DNA of 64,000 bases from an uncultured delta proteobacterium (lineage in GTDB: Bacteria; Myxococcota; UBA727; VGSZ01): contig CAVZJB010000011.1 of the NCBI GenBank assembly GCA_963775425.1, forward strand, positions 320,001-384,000. The letters run 5' to 3'. The translations under genes and the position numbers were made by a program. Numbering within the stretch: position 1 is the stretch's first letter; every line of letters begins with the position of its first letter. The notes beneath the pieces are model-generated. The model was not told where the DNA came from. It made no database searches and was given only the letters and a program-made list of their open reading frames with translations. This document shows, piece after piece, positions 40,621 through 50,700 of the stretch.

Positions 40621-41438
40621 CCGTCTCCCGGCAACAACGCCCACGGCACCAGCGCGGCCCCGCCGGCAACCAGGACCCCCGCGACGATGGCGCCGGCGAG
40701 GAGCAGCGGCTGGGCGTTCATGGCGCTTTGTTTGTCCGCCCCCGACGAGTTGCTGTCGCTGAGGACGCCGCTCGACAGGACAGCGCCCGTGGCGGTGCCG
40801 CCGCCGATGAGCACCCCGGTGCCGAGCGCGGCGGCGCCGACGCCGAAGAGCGGCCATGACACGGCCCCGGGCGCCGTGGTCGCCGGTGCCTCCATCGTCG
40901 CCCCTGTCGCCGCCCCCATCGTTGTTGACGTCGTCGCCCCCATCGTTGGGGTCGTCGTCGCCCCCAACGTTGTTGTCGCCGTCGCCCCCGCCGTCTTCTG
41001 CGTCGTGGCCGTCGTGGGTGGCGTCGTCGATGTCTCGCGTGGCGCGGGCGGGGCGGGCGGCGCCGCGCGATCCGCAGGCGCGTCGAGGGGCGGCGGGGCG
41101 GCGGTGACGACGGGCGCCGGGCAGCGTTTCCGTGTCGGCCCGAGCGCGCGCATGTGATCGGCGGCGCGCGCGGCGACGGAGGCGTCTTCGATGGCGGAGA
41201 ACGCCTGGCGCGCGGCGTCGCTGTCGCCGGCGCGCTCGAAGGCGAGCCCCGCGTTCAACAACAGGCGCTCGTCGTGGGAGATGTCGAACGCGCGCCGGAA
41301 CGCCGCGGCCGCGTCGCAGTCGTGGTGGAGGTGGAGCGCGTCGAACGCTTCGGCTTCGGCGTGAGCGGCCTCCGCGCGGGCGTTGGGCGGCAACGAGGAA
41401 TCCGATGTCACCCACGCCGCGAGCACGAGGGGGATCAT
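40617..41438 (-). CDS. Exported TPR protein with Thr-rich linker and two C-terminal hydrophobic helices
   Basis: AAAFRRAF......LLLNAGLAFERAG TPR; C-terminal Gly/Ala-rich transmembrane hairpin; overlaps both neighbours. Confidence 0.72.
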   Translation of the reverse strand: MIPLVLAAWVTSDSSLPPNARAEAAHAEAEAFDALHLHHDCDAAAAFRRAFDISHDERLLLNAGLAFERAGDSDAARQAFSAIEDASVAARAADHMRALGPTRKRCPAPVVTAAPPPLDAPADRAAPPAPPAPRETSTTPPTTATTQKTAGATATTTLGATTTPTMGATTSTTMGAATGATMEAPATTAPGAVSWPLFGVGAAALGTGVLIGGGTATGAVLSSGVLSDSNSSGADKQSAMNAQPLLLAGAIVAGVLVAGGAALVPWALLPGDG

Positions 41439-42112
41439 GGGCGGTCGGCCTCCGTGAACACGCGCACGAAGTCGTCCTTCGGCGGCGCGGCCGGCGGCGC
41501 CGCGGCGACGCGTGGCCGCGTGGCGTGCGCAGCGCGCGGGTGCCGCTCGACGGCGCGGGGCCGCGCGCGGGTCGCCGGGTCGGCGGCGAGGGCGGCGAGC
41601 GGCGGCGGGTCGCTCGCGAGAGCCGCGCGCGGCGGGGCGTCGGCGAGGGCCGCGAGCGGCGGCGGGTCGTCGGCGAGGGCCGCGAGGGGCAGGGCCGCGA
41701 GGGGCAGGGCCGGTGCCGGCTGTGCGATCGGCTCGAGGGCGAGCGTCTCGACGGTGGGCGCCGGGGTCGCGGCGGGAGCCGGGGTCGGCCCTCGAGCGGG
41801 GGCGGCGGCCTGTTGCGCGGTCGCCGGCGGAACAGTGGAGGCCGCGAGCGCGAGCGCGGCGCCGAACGCGACGAGCGCGAAGCCGGCCGCCATGGACACG
41901 ACGTGGCGCGGCTTGAGGCGCGGTCGGCCGGCGGCGGCGACGACGACCCGCGACCTCGTCGTGGGCCGGCGCCGGGGCACGAGGAAGGTGCGCGTGTCCT
42001 CGCTGCGGCCAAAGGAGAAGATCAGCGTGCGCACGTCCTGGATGGTGCGCGGGCGCTCCACGCGCTCGGTGTGCTCGTGCTTCGGGTCCGAGGAAGAGTC
42101 CACGTCCGCCAT
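41435..42112 (-). CDS. Single-pass membrane Pro/Ala-rich protein
   Basis: GGAGG ribosome binding site; one transmembrane segment (AGFALVAFGAALALAA); repeated DPPPLAALA. Confidence 0.6.
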   Translation of the reverse strand: MADVDSSSDPKHEHTERVERPRTIQDVRTLIFSFGRSEDTRTFLVPRRRPTTRSRVVVAAAGRPRLKPRHVVSMAAGFALVAFGAALALAASTVPPATAQQAAAPARGPTPAPAATPAPTVETLALEPIAQPAPALPLAALPLAALADDPPPLAALADAPPRAALASDPPPLAALAADPATRARPRAVERHPRAAHATRPRVAAAPPAAPPKDDFVRVFTEADRP

Positions 42113-42345
42113 CCTCCAACGTTTTCGGTGCGCGCCGCGAGCGGGGCGCGTGGCATCGGTCGATCGCATGGTGAGGAGCGGGAGGTGCGGGTAGGCAGGC
42201 GCCGCGCGACCGCATCCCCACGCGGGGTGGGACCACGGCGCGCGAGTAGGTGCGGAGACCATCGGCCGGTTCGTCGACGGTCCCGGCGGCGCATCCTCCG
42301 AAACACCCAGCGTCCAACGAGCTTTTTTCCCAGAGGGGTTTTGCC

Positions 42346-43047
42346 ATGACTGTCGGACGGAGCGGATCGCATCACGCGGCGCACACCACGGCTCACACCG
42401 CCAGCCACCACGGGCCCGGTGGCCACCACGACCACCATCACCACGGCGTCCACGAGCATGAGGGGCGCTTCCACAAGGGCGAGGGTGCGCACGCGCTCTC
42501 GACGACGGGCAACACCCCGGGGCACGCCCACGCGCTGTCGACGAGCACCGGCAGGTTCGACGGTGGCATGCGCCAGGGCGACCGCTTCGTCCACAACGGC
42601 GGCTTCAACGGCGGCAACCCCGTCAGCAACAGTCGGCCGGTGAGCCTCGCGCCGCCGGCGATGCCGAGCTCCCCGAACATCAACGACAACGCCAACTTCG
42701 ACATCAACGACCTCCTCGCCGGCCTCTTCCCCGGCGGGCAGACGGACACAGGCACGCCGACGACGCCGCCGATGGCGACGCCACCGAGCCGCATCGTCCC
42801 CGCGGCGCCGCACGTCCCCACGGTGCCGCGCACGCCCAGCGCGCCGTCGGTGCCGTCGACCCCTCAGACCCCTTCGACGCCCACCAACCAGATCCCGCGC
42901 GACCCGCCGGAGCCGTCGTCGCCCCAGACGCCGCCGTCCACGACGCCGCTCCCGCACATCCCTCCGCCGACCGGCTCGCGCGACCCCGTCGTCAACGCGT
43001 CGCCCGGTCTGCGCAGGCTCACCCCGGTGCCCGGCCTCCCGCGCTGA
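42346..43047 (+). CDS. His-rich N-terminal, Pro/Thr-rich low-complexity protein
   Basis: GAGGGG upstream of the ATG; GC3-rich codons; HHGPGGHHDHHHHGVHEH. Confidence 0.65.
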   Translation: MTVGRSGSHHAAHTTAHTASHHGPGGHHDHHHHGVHEHEGRFHKGEGAHALSTTGNTPGHAHALSTSTGRFDGGMRQGDRFVHNGGFNGGNPVSNSRPVSLAPPAMPSSPNINDNANFDINDLLAGLFPGGQTDTGTPTTPPMATPPSRIVPAAPHVPTVPRTPSAPSVPSTPQTPSTPTNQIPRDPPEPSSPQTPPSTTPLPHIPPPTGSRDPVVNASPGLRRLTPVPGLPR

Positions 43048-43102
43048 GGCGGTGGCGGCCGCGTGACGGCCGGCGCGGCCGGACTCGCTGTATCGTGCGC
43101 AC

Positions 43103-45100
43103 GTGTACGCGCTGCTGCTCGTCGCGCTTGCGGCCGCCGCCCCCGTCGAGCTTTCCCTCGACCCGGCGACCCTCTCCCTCGAAGGGCACCTCGAGGTCCT
43201 CCACGACGACGCCCTCGCCCTGCGCTTCGACGACGCCGCGGCGTCGGGTGACTGGCGCGCGACGCCGCACCCGGCGACGGGCGGCCCCGTGGGCGCGCTC
43301 TGGCTGCGCGCCACCGTGCACAACCCGACGCGCGCGCCGCTCGACGTCTGGCTCGCGTCCGAGGACGAGACCGTGTGGCGCTTCGACGCCCGCGTCGACG
43401 GCGGCCCCGTGCGCTCGACGGGCCGCGCCCTCGCGGGGGCGGAGCGCTCGGTGCCCGCACGCAAGCCCGTGGTGGCGCTGCGCGTGCCGCCGGGGACGCA
43501 CGCGCTGCTCGCCCGCCTCGAGGCGCGGACGTCGCCGGCGCAGGCGGCCCTGACCATCGGCAGCCCCGCCGCGCTCAGCGCCGAGCTCGATCGCGACAGC
43601 CTCGTCCTCGGCGTCATGTACGGCGCGCTGCTCATCATGGCCGTGTACAGCTTGTTCCTGTCGGTGCTCGTGCGCGACCGCAAGCACGCGCTCTACGCGG
43701 CGTACGTCGCCAGCGTCATAGGCTGGCTCGCCTACACCGACGGCACGTTGCACTTCCTCGGCGTCACCGGCGACCTCGTCGGCTCGCAGCGCGTGTTCGT
43801 CGTCGTGTCGCACGCCGTCACGGTGCTCGTGATCCTCTTCGCCCGCAGCGTCCTCGAGACCTCGCGCCTGCCGCGCACCGACCGCGTCCTGCGCGCCGCC
43901 GCCTGGTCGATCGGCGCGCTCGCCGTCTGGGGCCTGTTGGCCCCGGGCTTCGCGCAGCTCACGGCGTTCGCGCTGGTGTCGCTCGCGGCCGTCCTCGTCG
44001 TCGTCGTGGCCGCGGCCCGCCGCTGGCGCGCCGGGTACTCGCCCGCCGCGTATTACCTGCTCGGGTGGCTGATGCTCTTCCTGCTGCTCGCGCCGCTCGC
44101 GGTCATCCAGCTCGGCGCCGGCGCCGGCCTGCCCATCTGGGCGTGGCCGCTCGGCTTCGTCATCGAGGTCGGCTTCGCCGCCGCCGCCATCGCCGAGCTC
44201 GCGCGCCTCGATCGCGCGCGCGTCGAAGCCCTCAACCGCGCGGGCACGCGCTTCGTCCCGTTCGAGTTCCTCTCGCTCCTCGGACACACCGACCTCACCG
44301 AGGTGCAAAAGGGCGACAACGTCGCGCAGGAGATGTCGATCCTGTTCTCGGACATCCGCTCGTTCACCACGCTCGTCGAGGGGCGCACGCCGGAGCAGAA
44401 CTTCGCCTTCATCAACGACTACCTGTCGTGGATGGAGCCGCCCATTCGCGAGCACGGCGGCTTCATCGACAGCTACGAGGGCGACGCGGTCATGGCGCTC
44501 TTCGCCGGTCGCGCCGACGACGCCGTCCGCGCGGGCATCGGCGACCTGCGCGCGCTCCACCGCTACAACGCCGAGCGCGCGGCGCGCGGCGAGCCCAGGA
44601 TCCGCATCGGCGTCGGCGTGAACACGGGCGCGCTCATGCTCGGCACCATCGGCGGCCGCGAGCGCATCAAGTGCGGCGTCATCGGTGACCCCGTCAACCT
44701 CGCCGCGCGCATCGAGGGGATGACCAAGCAGTACGGCGCGATGCAGCTCATCTCGAGCGACACCCGCGACCGCCTCGTCGAGCCCGGCGCGTTCACGCTG
44801 CGCGAGCTCGACACGGTGGTTGCCAAAGGGAAGTCGACGGCGGTGACGGTGCTCGAGGTGCTCGACGGCCTCGAGGACGAGGAGCGCGCCGCCAAGGTTG
44901 CGACGCGCGCGCGCTACGCCGAGGGCCTGGCGCTGTACCGCGCGGGCGAGCTCGCCGGTGCGCGCCCGTGCTTCGAGGACTGCGTTGGGGCCTGGGCCGG
45001 CGACACCGCCGCGTGCCTCCTCCTCGAGCGCATCGCCACGCTCGAGGCGGAGGGCGTGCCGCCGGACTGGAGCGGCACATGGACGCTGCGCACCAAGTAG
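43103..45100 (+). CDS. 7TM-DISM sensor adenylate/guanylate cyclase (class III)
   Basis: Extracellular domain plus about seven transmembrane helices; LFSDIRSFT, EGDAVMALF, IGVGVNTG and IGDPVNLAARIE motifs. Confidence 0.93.
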   Translation: MYALLLVALAAAAPVELSLDPATLSLEGHLEVLHDDALALRFDDAAASGDWRATPHPATGGPVGALWLRATVHNPTRAPLDVWLASEDETVWRFDARVDGGPVRSTGRALAGAERSVPARKPVVALRVPPGTHALLARLEARTSPAQAALTIGSPAALSAELDRDSLVLGVMYGALLIMAVYSLFLSVLVRDRKHALYAAYVASVIGWLAYTDGTLHFLGVTGDLVGSQRVFVVVSHAVTVLVILFARSVLETSRLPRTDRVLRAAAWSIGALAVWGLLAPGFAQLTAFALVSLAAVLVVVVAAARRWRAGYSPAAYYLLGWLMLFLLLAPLAVIQLGAGAGLPIWAWPLGFVIEVGFAAAAIAELARLDRARVEALNRAGTRFVPFEFLSLLGHTDLTEVQKGDNVAQEMSILFSDIRSFTTLVEGRTPEQNFAFINDYLSWMEPPIREHGGFIDSYEGDAVMALFAGRADDAVRAGIGDLRALHRYNAERAARGEPRIRIGVGVNTGALMLGTIGGRERIKCGVIGDPVNLAARIEGMTKQYGAMQLISSDTRDRLVEPGAFTLRELDTVVAKGKSTAVTVLEVLDGLEDEERAAKVATRARYAEGLALYRAGELAGARPCFEDCVGAWAGDTAACLLLERIATLEAEGVPPDWSGTWTLRTK

Positions 45101-45178
45101 GGGCCCGATCGCTGGGGGCGCGCCGGTGACGACGCGGCGCGGGCGTCGTAGCGTCCGGCGCCAAGCACGAGGTGAGAG

Positions 45179-46030
45179 ATGATCCTGGTCGTAGGAGCCA
45201 CGGGACAGATCGGCGGTGAGCTCGTTCGCCTCCTCACGGCCGCGAACGCGGCTGTGCGCGCGCTGACGCGAGACCCGGAGAAGGCGGCGCACCTGCCCGC
45301 GGGCGTCGAGCGCGTGCGCGGCGATCTCGGGGCGCCGGAGACGCTCGCCGTGGCGTTCGCCGGCGTCGACAAGGCGTTCGTCATGGCGCACGCCACGCCG
45401 CACATGCAGGGGCACGTGAAGAACGCGGTGGCGGCGGCCAAAGGAGCCGGCGCGCGCCACATCGTCTTTCTCTCGAGCTACTCCGTCGAGCACCTGCCGT
45501 CGTCTGCCCTCGGCCGCTGGCACCGCGCCGGCGAGGACGAGGTGGCCGCCTCGGGCATCGACTTCACGTTCCTGCGCCCGGGCAACTTCGCGTCGAACGC
45601 CTTGCGCTGGGGCGAGACCATTCGCGCGCAGGGCGCCGTGTTCGACGCGAGCGCCGGCTCGCGCTCCGCGCCCATCGACCCGCGCGACATCGCCGCCGTC
45701 GCCGCGGCCGCGCTCACCTCCGACGGCCACGCGGGGAAGTCGTACACGCTGACGGGCCCGGAGGTGATGACGGCGCGCGAGCAGGTCGACGTCGTCGCGC
45801 GCGTGCTCGGCAAGCCGGTGCGCCACGTGCCGGTCCCCATCGAGGGGGCGCGCGCGGGGATGCTCAAGGGCGGCATGCCCGAAGTCATCGCGGACGCCGT
45901 GCTCGAGCTCGTGAAGGGCGGCGACAGCCTCGCCGAGCCGCTGTTGACCACGGCCGTGCGCGACGTCGCCGGCCGGGAGGCGCACACGTTCGAGACGTGG
46001 GCGCGCGACAACGTGCGCCACCTGGCGTGA
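45179..46030 (+). CDS. NmrA/NAD(P)H-binding (atypical SDR) family protein
   Basis: ILVVGATGQIG, FTFLRPGNF, IDPRDIA and LTGPE motifs. Confidence 0.9.
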   Translation: MILVVGATGQIGGELVRLLTAANAAVRALTRDPEKAAHLPAGVERVRGDLGAPETLAVAFAGVDKAFVMAHATPHMQGHVKNAVAAAKGAGARHIVFLSSYSVEHLPSSALGRWHRAGEDEVAASGIDFTFLRPGNFASNALRWGETIRAQGAVFDASAGSRSAPIDPRDIAAVAAAALTSDGHAGKSYTLTGPEVMTAREQVDVVARVLGKPVRHVPVPIEGARAGMLKGGMPEVIADAVLELVKGGDSLAEPLLTTAVRDVAGREAHTFETWARDNVRHLA

Positions 46031-46077
46031 GCGCTCCCGCGGCGGGACGCGCGCGCGACGCGTGATAGGGTCGGCGG

Positions 46078-47694
46078 GTGCAGACGGGCGAGCGGCTCGG
46101 GGACTACGCGCTGCGGCGCGAGATCGGTGAAGGGGGCATCGCCGCCGTGTTCTTCGCCGAGGACGCGCGCGGCGCCGACGTCGTCATGAAGGTCCTGCGG
46201 CCGGAATTCGTCGCGCAGCCGGCGATGGTCTCGCTGTTCCTCGGCGAGCCGCGGGCGCTGCAGGCGGTGGAGCACGAAAACACCGTCGAGGTCACCGACG
46301 TCGTCGCCGACGCGCCGCGGCCGTACTTCGTCACGGAGCTCCTGCGCGGGCGCACGCTCTCGGAGCTGCTGAAGGGCGGACCCATCCCGTTGGCGCGGGC
46401 GCTGCGCATCGTGCGGCAGGTGGCGGTGGTGCTCGCGCACGCGCACGACGTCGACGTCGTGCACAGGAACCTGAAGCCGTCGAACGTCTTCCTCGTGCGC
46501 AAGGCCGGCAGGGCCGACTTCGTGAAGCTCCTCGAGCTCGGCGCCACGCGCATGCAGAGCCACGAGGGCAAGCCCGTGCCCGGCACCGTGATCGGGACGC
46601 CGGCGTACATGGCGCCCGAGCAGCTCCGCCAGACCGCGGGTGATCACCGCGTGGACATGTATTCGTTCGGCGTGTTGCTGTTCGAGCTCGTCGTCGGGCG
46701 CAAGCCGTTCGTCGGGGACCTCGCTGAGACCGTGCGCCAGCACCTCCTGGTGACGGCGCCGCGGGCGCGCTCGATGGCGCCCGACCTGCCGCAGGCCCTC
46801 GACGACCTCATCGCGCAGTGCCTCGAGAAGGACCCGGCGGCGCGGCCACCGTCGATGCACGAGGTGTCGCTCGCCCTCGGCGTCCTCGCCGACAACGCCG
46901 GCCCCGCGAAGGTGGGCGACGAGGGCCCAGGCGCGTCGGTCGCCGTTCCAAAGAACACCAGCGGCTTCACCACCGTGGCCGCGGACGTCACGGTGGCGCC
47001 GGCGGCGGTGTTCGACGACGAGGAGCCGAGCTTCCCGTCGGTCACCGACGAGATCCCGGCCGTGCGCGACACCGTGGAGGACAAGCCGGTGGTGAGCGTG
47101 CCACCGGCCGCCGTGGCGCCGTCGCGCCCGGCGCCCCCCATGGCGCCGATCGGCCGGCAGCGCGCGGGGGTGGCCGGCTTGCGCTGGCCCGTCGTCGCCG
47201 CGGCGCTCGTCGCCACCGCCGCCGTCGCCGGGGGGATCGGCGCCGCGGTGGCGTGGCGCGCGGCGTCCCCGTCGACGGTTCCCCCGGCGGCGGGGCAAGC
47301 GACGGACGGGCACCCCACGCAGGCGCCCTCGACGGCGGCGCCCCCCACGACGGCGCCCCCCACGACGGCGCCCCCCACGACGACGCCCCCCACGACGGCG
47401 CCCCCCACGACGGCGCCCCCCACGACGGCGCCCGACGCGCCCGGGGCCGCGGACGCCGCGGGTGGCTCCCCGTCGGAGCCGCTGGTCGCGTTCGACTCCG
47501 TGCCACGCCACGCGCAGGTGTGGATTCGCATGGACCACCGCATCCGGCTGCTCTGCAAGACGCCTTGCTCGTTCGCGCTGCCGGCGGGAAAGAAGATCCT
47601 CGTCGAGCTCCGACTGGACGGATACCGCAGCGCCCAGCGCACCCTCACCGTCGCCGAGGGCGCGCACTTCCGCGGCACGCTCCGCCCCCGCTGA
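46078..47694 (+). CDS. Membrane Ser/Thr kinase-like protein (probable pseudokinase) with C-terminal PEGA-like domain
   Basis: Kinase fold (GEGG, VVMK, GTPAYMAPEQ) but HRNLKPSN and ELG in place of HRD and DFG; one transmembrane segment; S.P..A.V.....KTP PEGA pattern. Confidence 0.85.
   Translation: MQTGERLGDYALRREIGEGGIAAVFFAEDARGADVVMKVLRPEFVAQPAMVSLFLGEPRALQAVEHENTVEVTDVVADAPRPYFVTELLRGRTLSELLKGGPIPLARALRIVRQVAVVLAHAHDVDVVHRNLKPSNVFLVRKAGRADFVKLLELGATRMQSHEGKPVPGTVIGTPAYMAPEQLRQTAGDHRVDMYSFGVLLFELVVGRKPFVGDLAETVRQHLLVTAPRARSMAPDLPQALDDLIAQCLEKDPAARPPSMHEVSLALGVLADNAGPAKVGDEGPGASVAVPKNTSGFTTVAADVTVAPAAVFDDEEPSFPSVTDEIPAVRDTVEDKPVVSVPPAAVAPSRPAPPMAPIGRQRAGVAGLRWPVVAAALVATAAVAGGIGAAVAWRAASPSTVPPAAGQATDGHPTQAPSTAAPPTTAPPTTAPPTTTPPTTAPPTTAPPTTAPDAPGAADAAGGSPSEPLVAFDSVPRHAQVWIRMDHRIRLLCKTPCSFALPAGKKILVELRLDGYRSAQRTLTVAEGAHFRGTLRPR
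47332..47433. repeat. 15-bp tandem repeat encoding TTAPP
   Basis: About six to seven copies of ACGACGGCGCCCCCC, in frame in the kinase linker. Confidence 0.85.
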
Positions 47695-47751
47695 CGGCGT
47701 CGTCGGCGGCTCCGCGCGTCGCGCCGGAAAATACAGTAGAACCGGAGCGCC

Positions 47752-50700
47752 GTGCGCTCCCTCGCCGACGGACTCAGCGTCGCTCTCGACGTTCCGCGCT
47801 TCATCGCACGGCCCGCGCTGCGCGCCGCGTTGTGGCACGCGGTCTTCGTCGGCGCCGTCACCATCATCAAGAGCGGCACCAACGCGCTCTACCTCGCGCG
47901 CGAGGACCCCGCGCGCCTCCCGCTCCTGTACGTCGCCGTCGCCGTCGTCGTCCTCCTCGTCACCTCGGGGCTCGCCCGCCTCCTCGCGCGCCGCTCGCCC
48001 GCGCAGGTGCTCACCGTCGGCGTCATCGGCGCGGGCGTCGCCCTCATCGCAAGCACCGCCGCCGCCGCCGCCGGCCTCCCGGGCGCGGAGGCCGTCGTCT
48101 ACGTCGTCGGCGAGGCCGCCGCGACCACGGGCAGCGTCCTGTTCTGGGCCCGCGTGATGGACGCCTTCGCCGCGCGCGACAGCAAGAAGGTGGTCGGCCT
48201 CGTCGGCGCCGGCGGCATGTCGGGCGCCGCCGTCGGCGGCCTGCTCATTCGGCTCATCGCCGACAGCGCCGGCGTCGTCATCCCCATGATCGCCTCCGCC
48301 GTCGCCTTCATGGTCGCGCTGCCGCTCCTGCGCGCCCTCCGTTCGCGCGGGGAGCGCGTCGGCAGGAGCGACGCCGAGCTGCTCCCCGCGGTGCGCTACC
48401 TCGGCGGCCGCGGCTACCCCATCGCCGTCGCCACCCTCGTCGTGCTCCTCGCCGCCACCGGCGCCGCCACCGACTTCGTCTTCCGCACGGCCGTTGCGCA
48501 CGCGCACACGGAGACGGAGATGGCCGCGCTCTTCGGCACGCTGAACGCGGTGGTCGGCGTCGTCGTCGTGTTCTTCCAGGTGTCTTTGACCTCGCGCCTG
48601 CTGTCGCGCGTGGGCGTGTTCTCTTTCGTCGCCATCGTCCCCACGCTCCTCGTCGCCACCAGCGTCCTCGCCGTCGCGCTCCCCGGCGGCGGCTTCTCCA
48701 TCATCGTCGTCATGAAGGGCATCGAGATGGCCGGCGCCTACTCGCTCAACCAGACGGCGGTGTCGCTCCTGTACAACCCCATGCCCGGCGAGCTGCGCTC
48801 GCAGGTGCGCACGCTCATCGACGGCGCCATCAAGAAATCCGGGGCCGCCGGCGCCGGCCTCGTGCTCGGCGCCCTCGCCGCGTTCTTGCCGCTCCTCGTG
48901 GGGAGCTGGCTCGTGGCGCTGGCGGCCGGCGCCACGCTCGTGCTCTTGCCCATCCTGCGCACGCGCTACCTCGACGCCCTCGACGACAAGCTGGGCCAGC
49001 GAAAGAAGATCCGCCCGGGCCCCATCGATCCCTCGGACAAGGTCACGCGCACCGCGTTGCGCACCCTCCTGCTGGCGGACGACCCGGAGCGCGTGCTCGG
49101 CGCGCTCGGCGCGCTGGGGCCGCGCTACACGCTCACGACGGAGGAGATCGCGACGCTCGTCGAGAACAAGGACGAGCGCGTGCGCACCGCAGCGCTCAAG
49201 CACGTGCCGGTGGCGCCCGACGATGTGCTCACCGCGCGCCTCCTGCAGATCGCCAAGGCGCACGGGCCGCGACGTCCGCGGGCGGAGGCGGTGCGCGCCC
49301 TCGCGCGGCTGCAGGGCAAGAACGCGCCCGCGGTGATCGGGCAGTTCCTCGACGACGACGAGCCCGGCGTGGTGGCCGCCGCCCTCGAGGTGTCCTTGAA
49401 GGCGGCGCGCGACGCGGAGATCGAGCTCATCAAGGCGGGCGTCACCAACGACGACGAGGACACCATGACGGGCGCCCTCACCGCCAACATGCGCGCGCGC
49501 CACAAGCTCCAGAGCATCCTCGTCGACCTCCCCCAGCGCTCGCTCGCCTGGCGCCGCGAGATCGCTCGGCTCCTGGGGGCGCTCGACGACGCCCGCTACG
49601 ACGGCTTCCTCGCGCAGCTCATCGGCGACGACGACGCCACGGTTCGCTCGCTGGCCATCGACGCCGCCGGCCGCGAGCGCCACGCCGCCCACGTGCCCCT
49701 GCTCATCTCGCACCTCGGCGATCGGCGCGTGCGCGTGCAGGCGGCCCGCGCCCTCGCGCGCTACGGCGAGGACGGGGTGGAGCCGCTCAAGGCCGCCCTC
49801 GACGACCGCCAGCTCCCCTTGATGGTGCGCATCCACGTCCCCCGCGTCCTCGAGGCCGTGGGGACGGAGAGCGCGGCGCGCGCGCTCCTGTTTTCGAACC
49901 CCAGGGACGACGCCTACCTGCAGCAACGCATCGCGGCGTCGCTGGTGGGCATCGTCGCGTACGAGCCGGGGACCCCGGTGGACAAGAAGCGCACCGACGA
50001 GGCTATCGGGCGCCGCCTGGTGGCCTCCGCCGCGTACGACGACGCCCGCCGCGAGCTGGAGGCGGACCCGACGGCGGGGCTGTCGCTGCTGAAGCACGCG
50101 GTGCGCGATCGCTGTGCGCAAAACCTCAAGATCGCGCTCGACCTGCTCGGCATCCACCGCGGGCTCGCGCGCATGCAGACGGTGCACGCGGGGCTCGTGA
50201 GCGGCAAGGAGAGCGCCCGCCACGACGCCATCGAGCTGCTCGACGCGGCGCTCTCCGGGGACCCCCTGCGGGAAGATTTCCTGTCGCTTTTGGAGCGGAC
50301 CCCGAGGACGACCACGATCGATGACGCGCGCAAACGCGCGCTGAAGCTCTGTCGGTCCAAGGACCCCTTGCTGCGCGGCATCGCGCGCCGCACCATGCGC
50401 TTCCTCGGCGACGACTCGCCGGAGGTCTCGGGCACGTCGCCCGCCGTCGGCCCCGGCGCCGTGGAGCTCGAAGGAGAGGACATGCCCGAAAACCTCGTCG
50501 AGCGCCTGTTTCTCCTCGAGCACGTCGATCTGTTCGAGGGGCTGTCCACCGACGACCTCTCCGCCATCGCCTCCATCGCCACCGAGCACGCGCTGCCGGC
50601 GGGCTCGCCCCTGTACCAGGAGGGCGAGAGCGGCACCCAGCTCTACGTGATCATCGAGGGCGACGTGGAGCTGACGCGGGCGGGCCGCCACGTCATGAAG

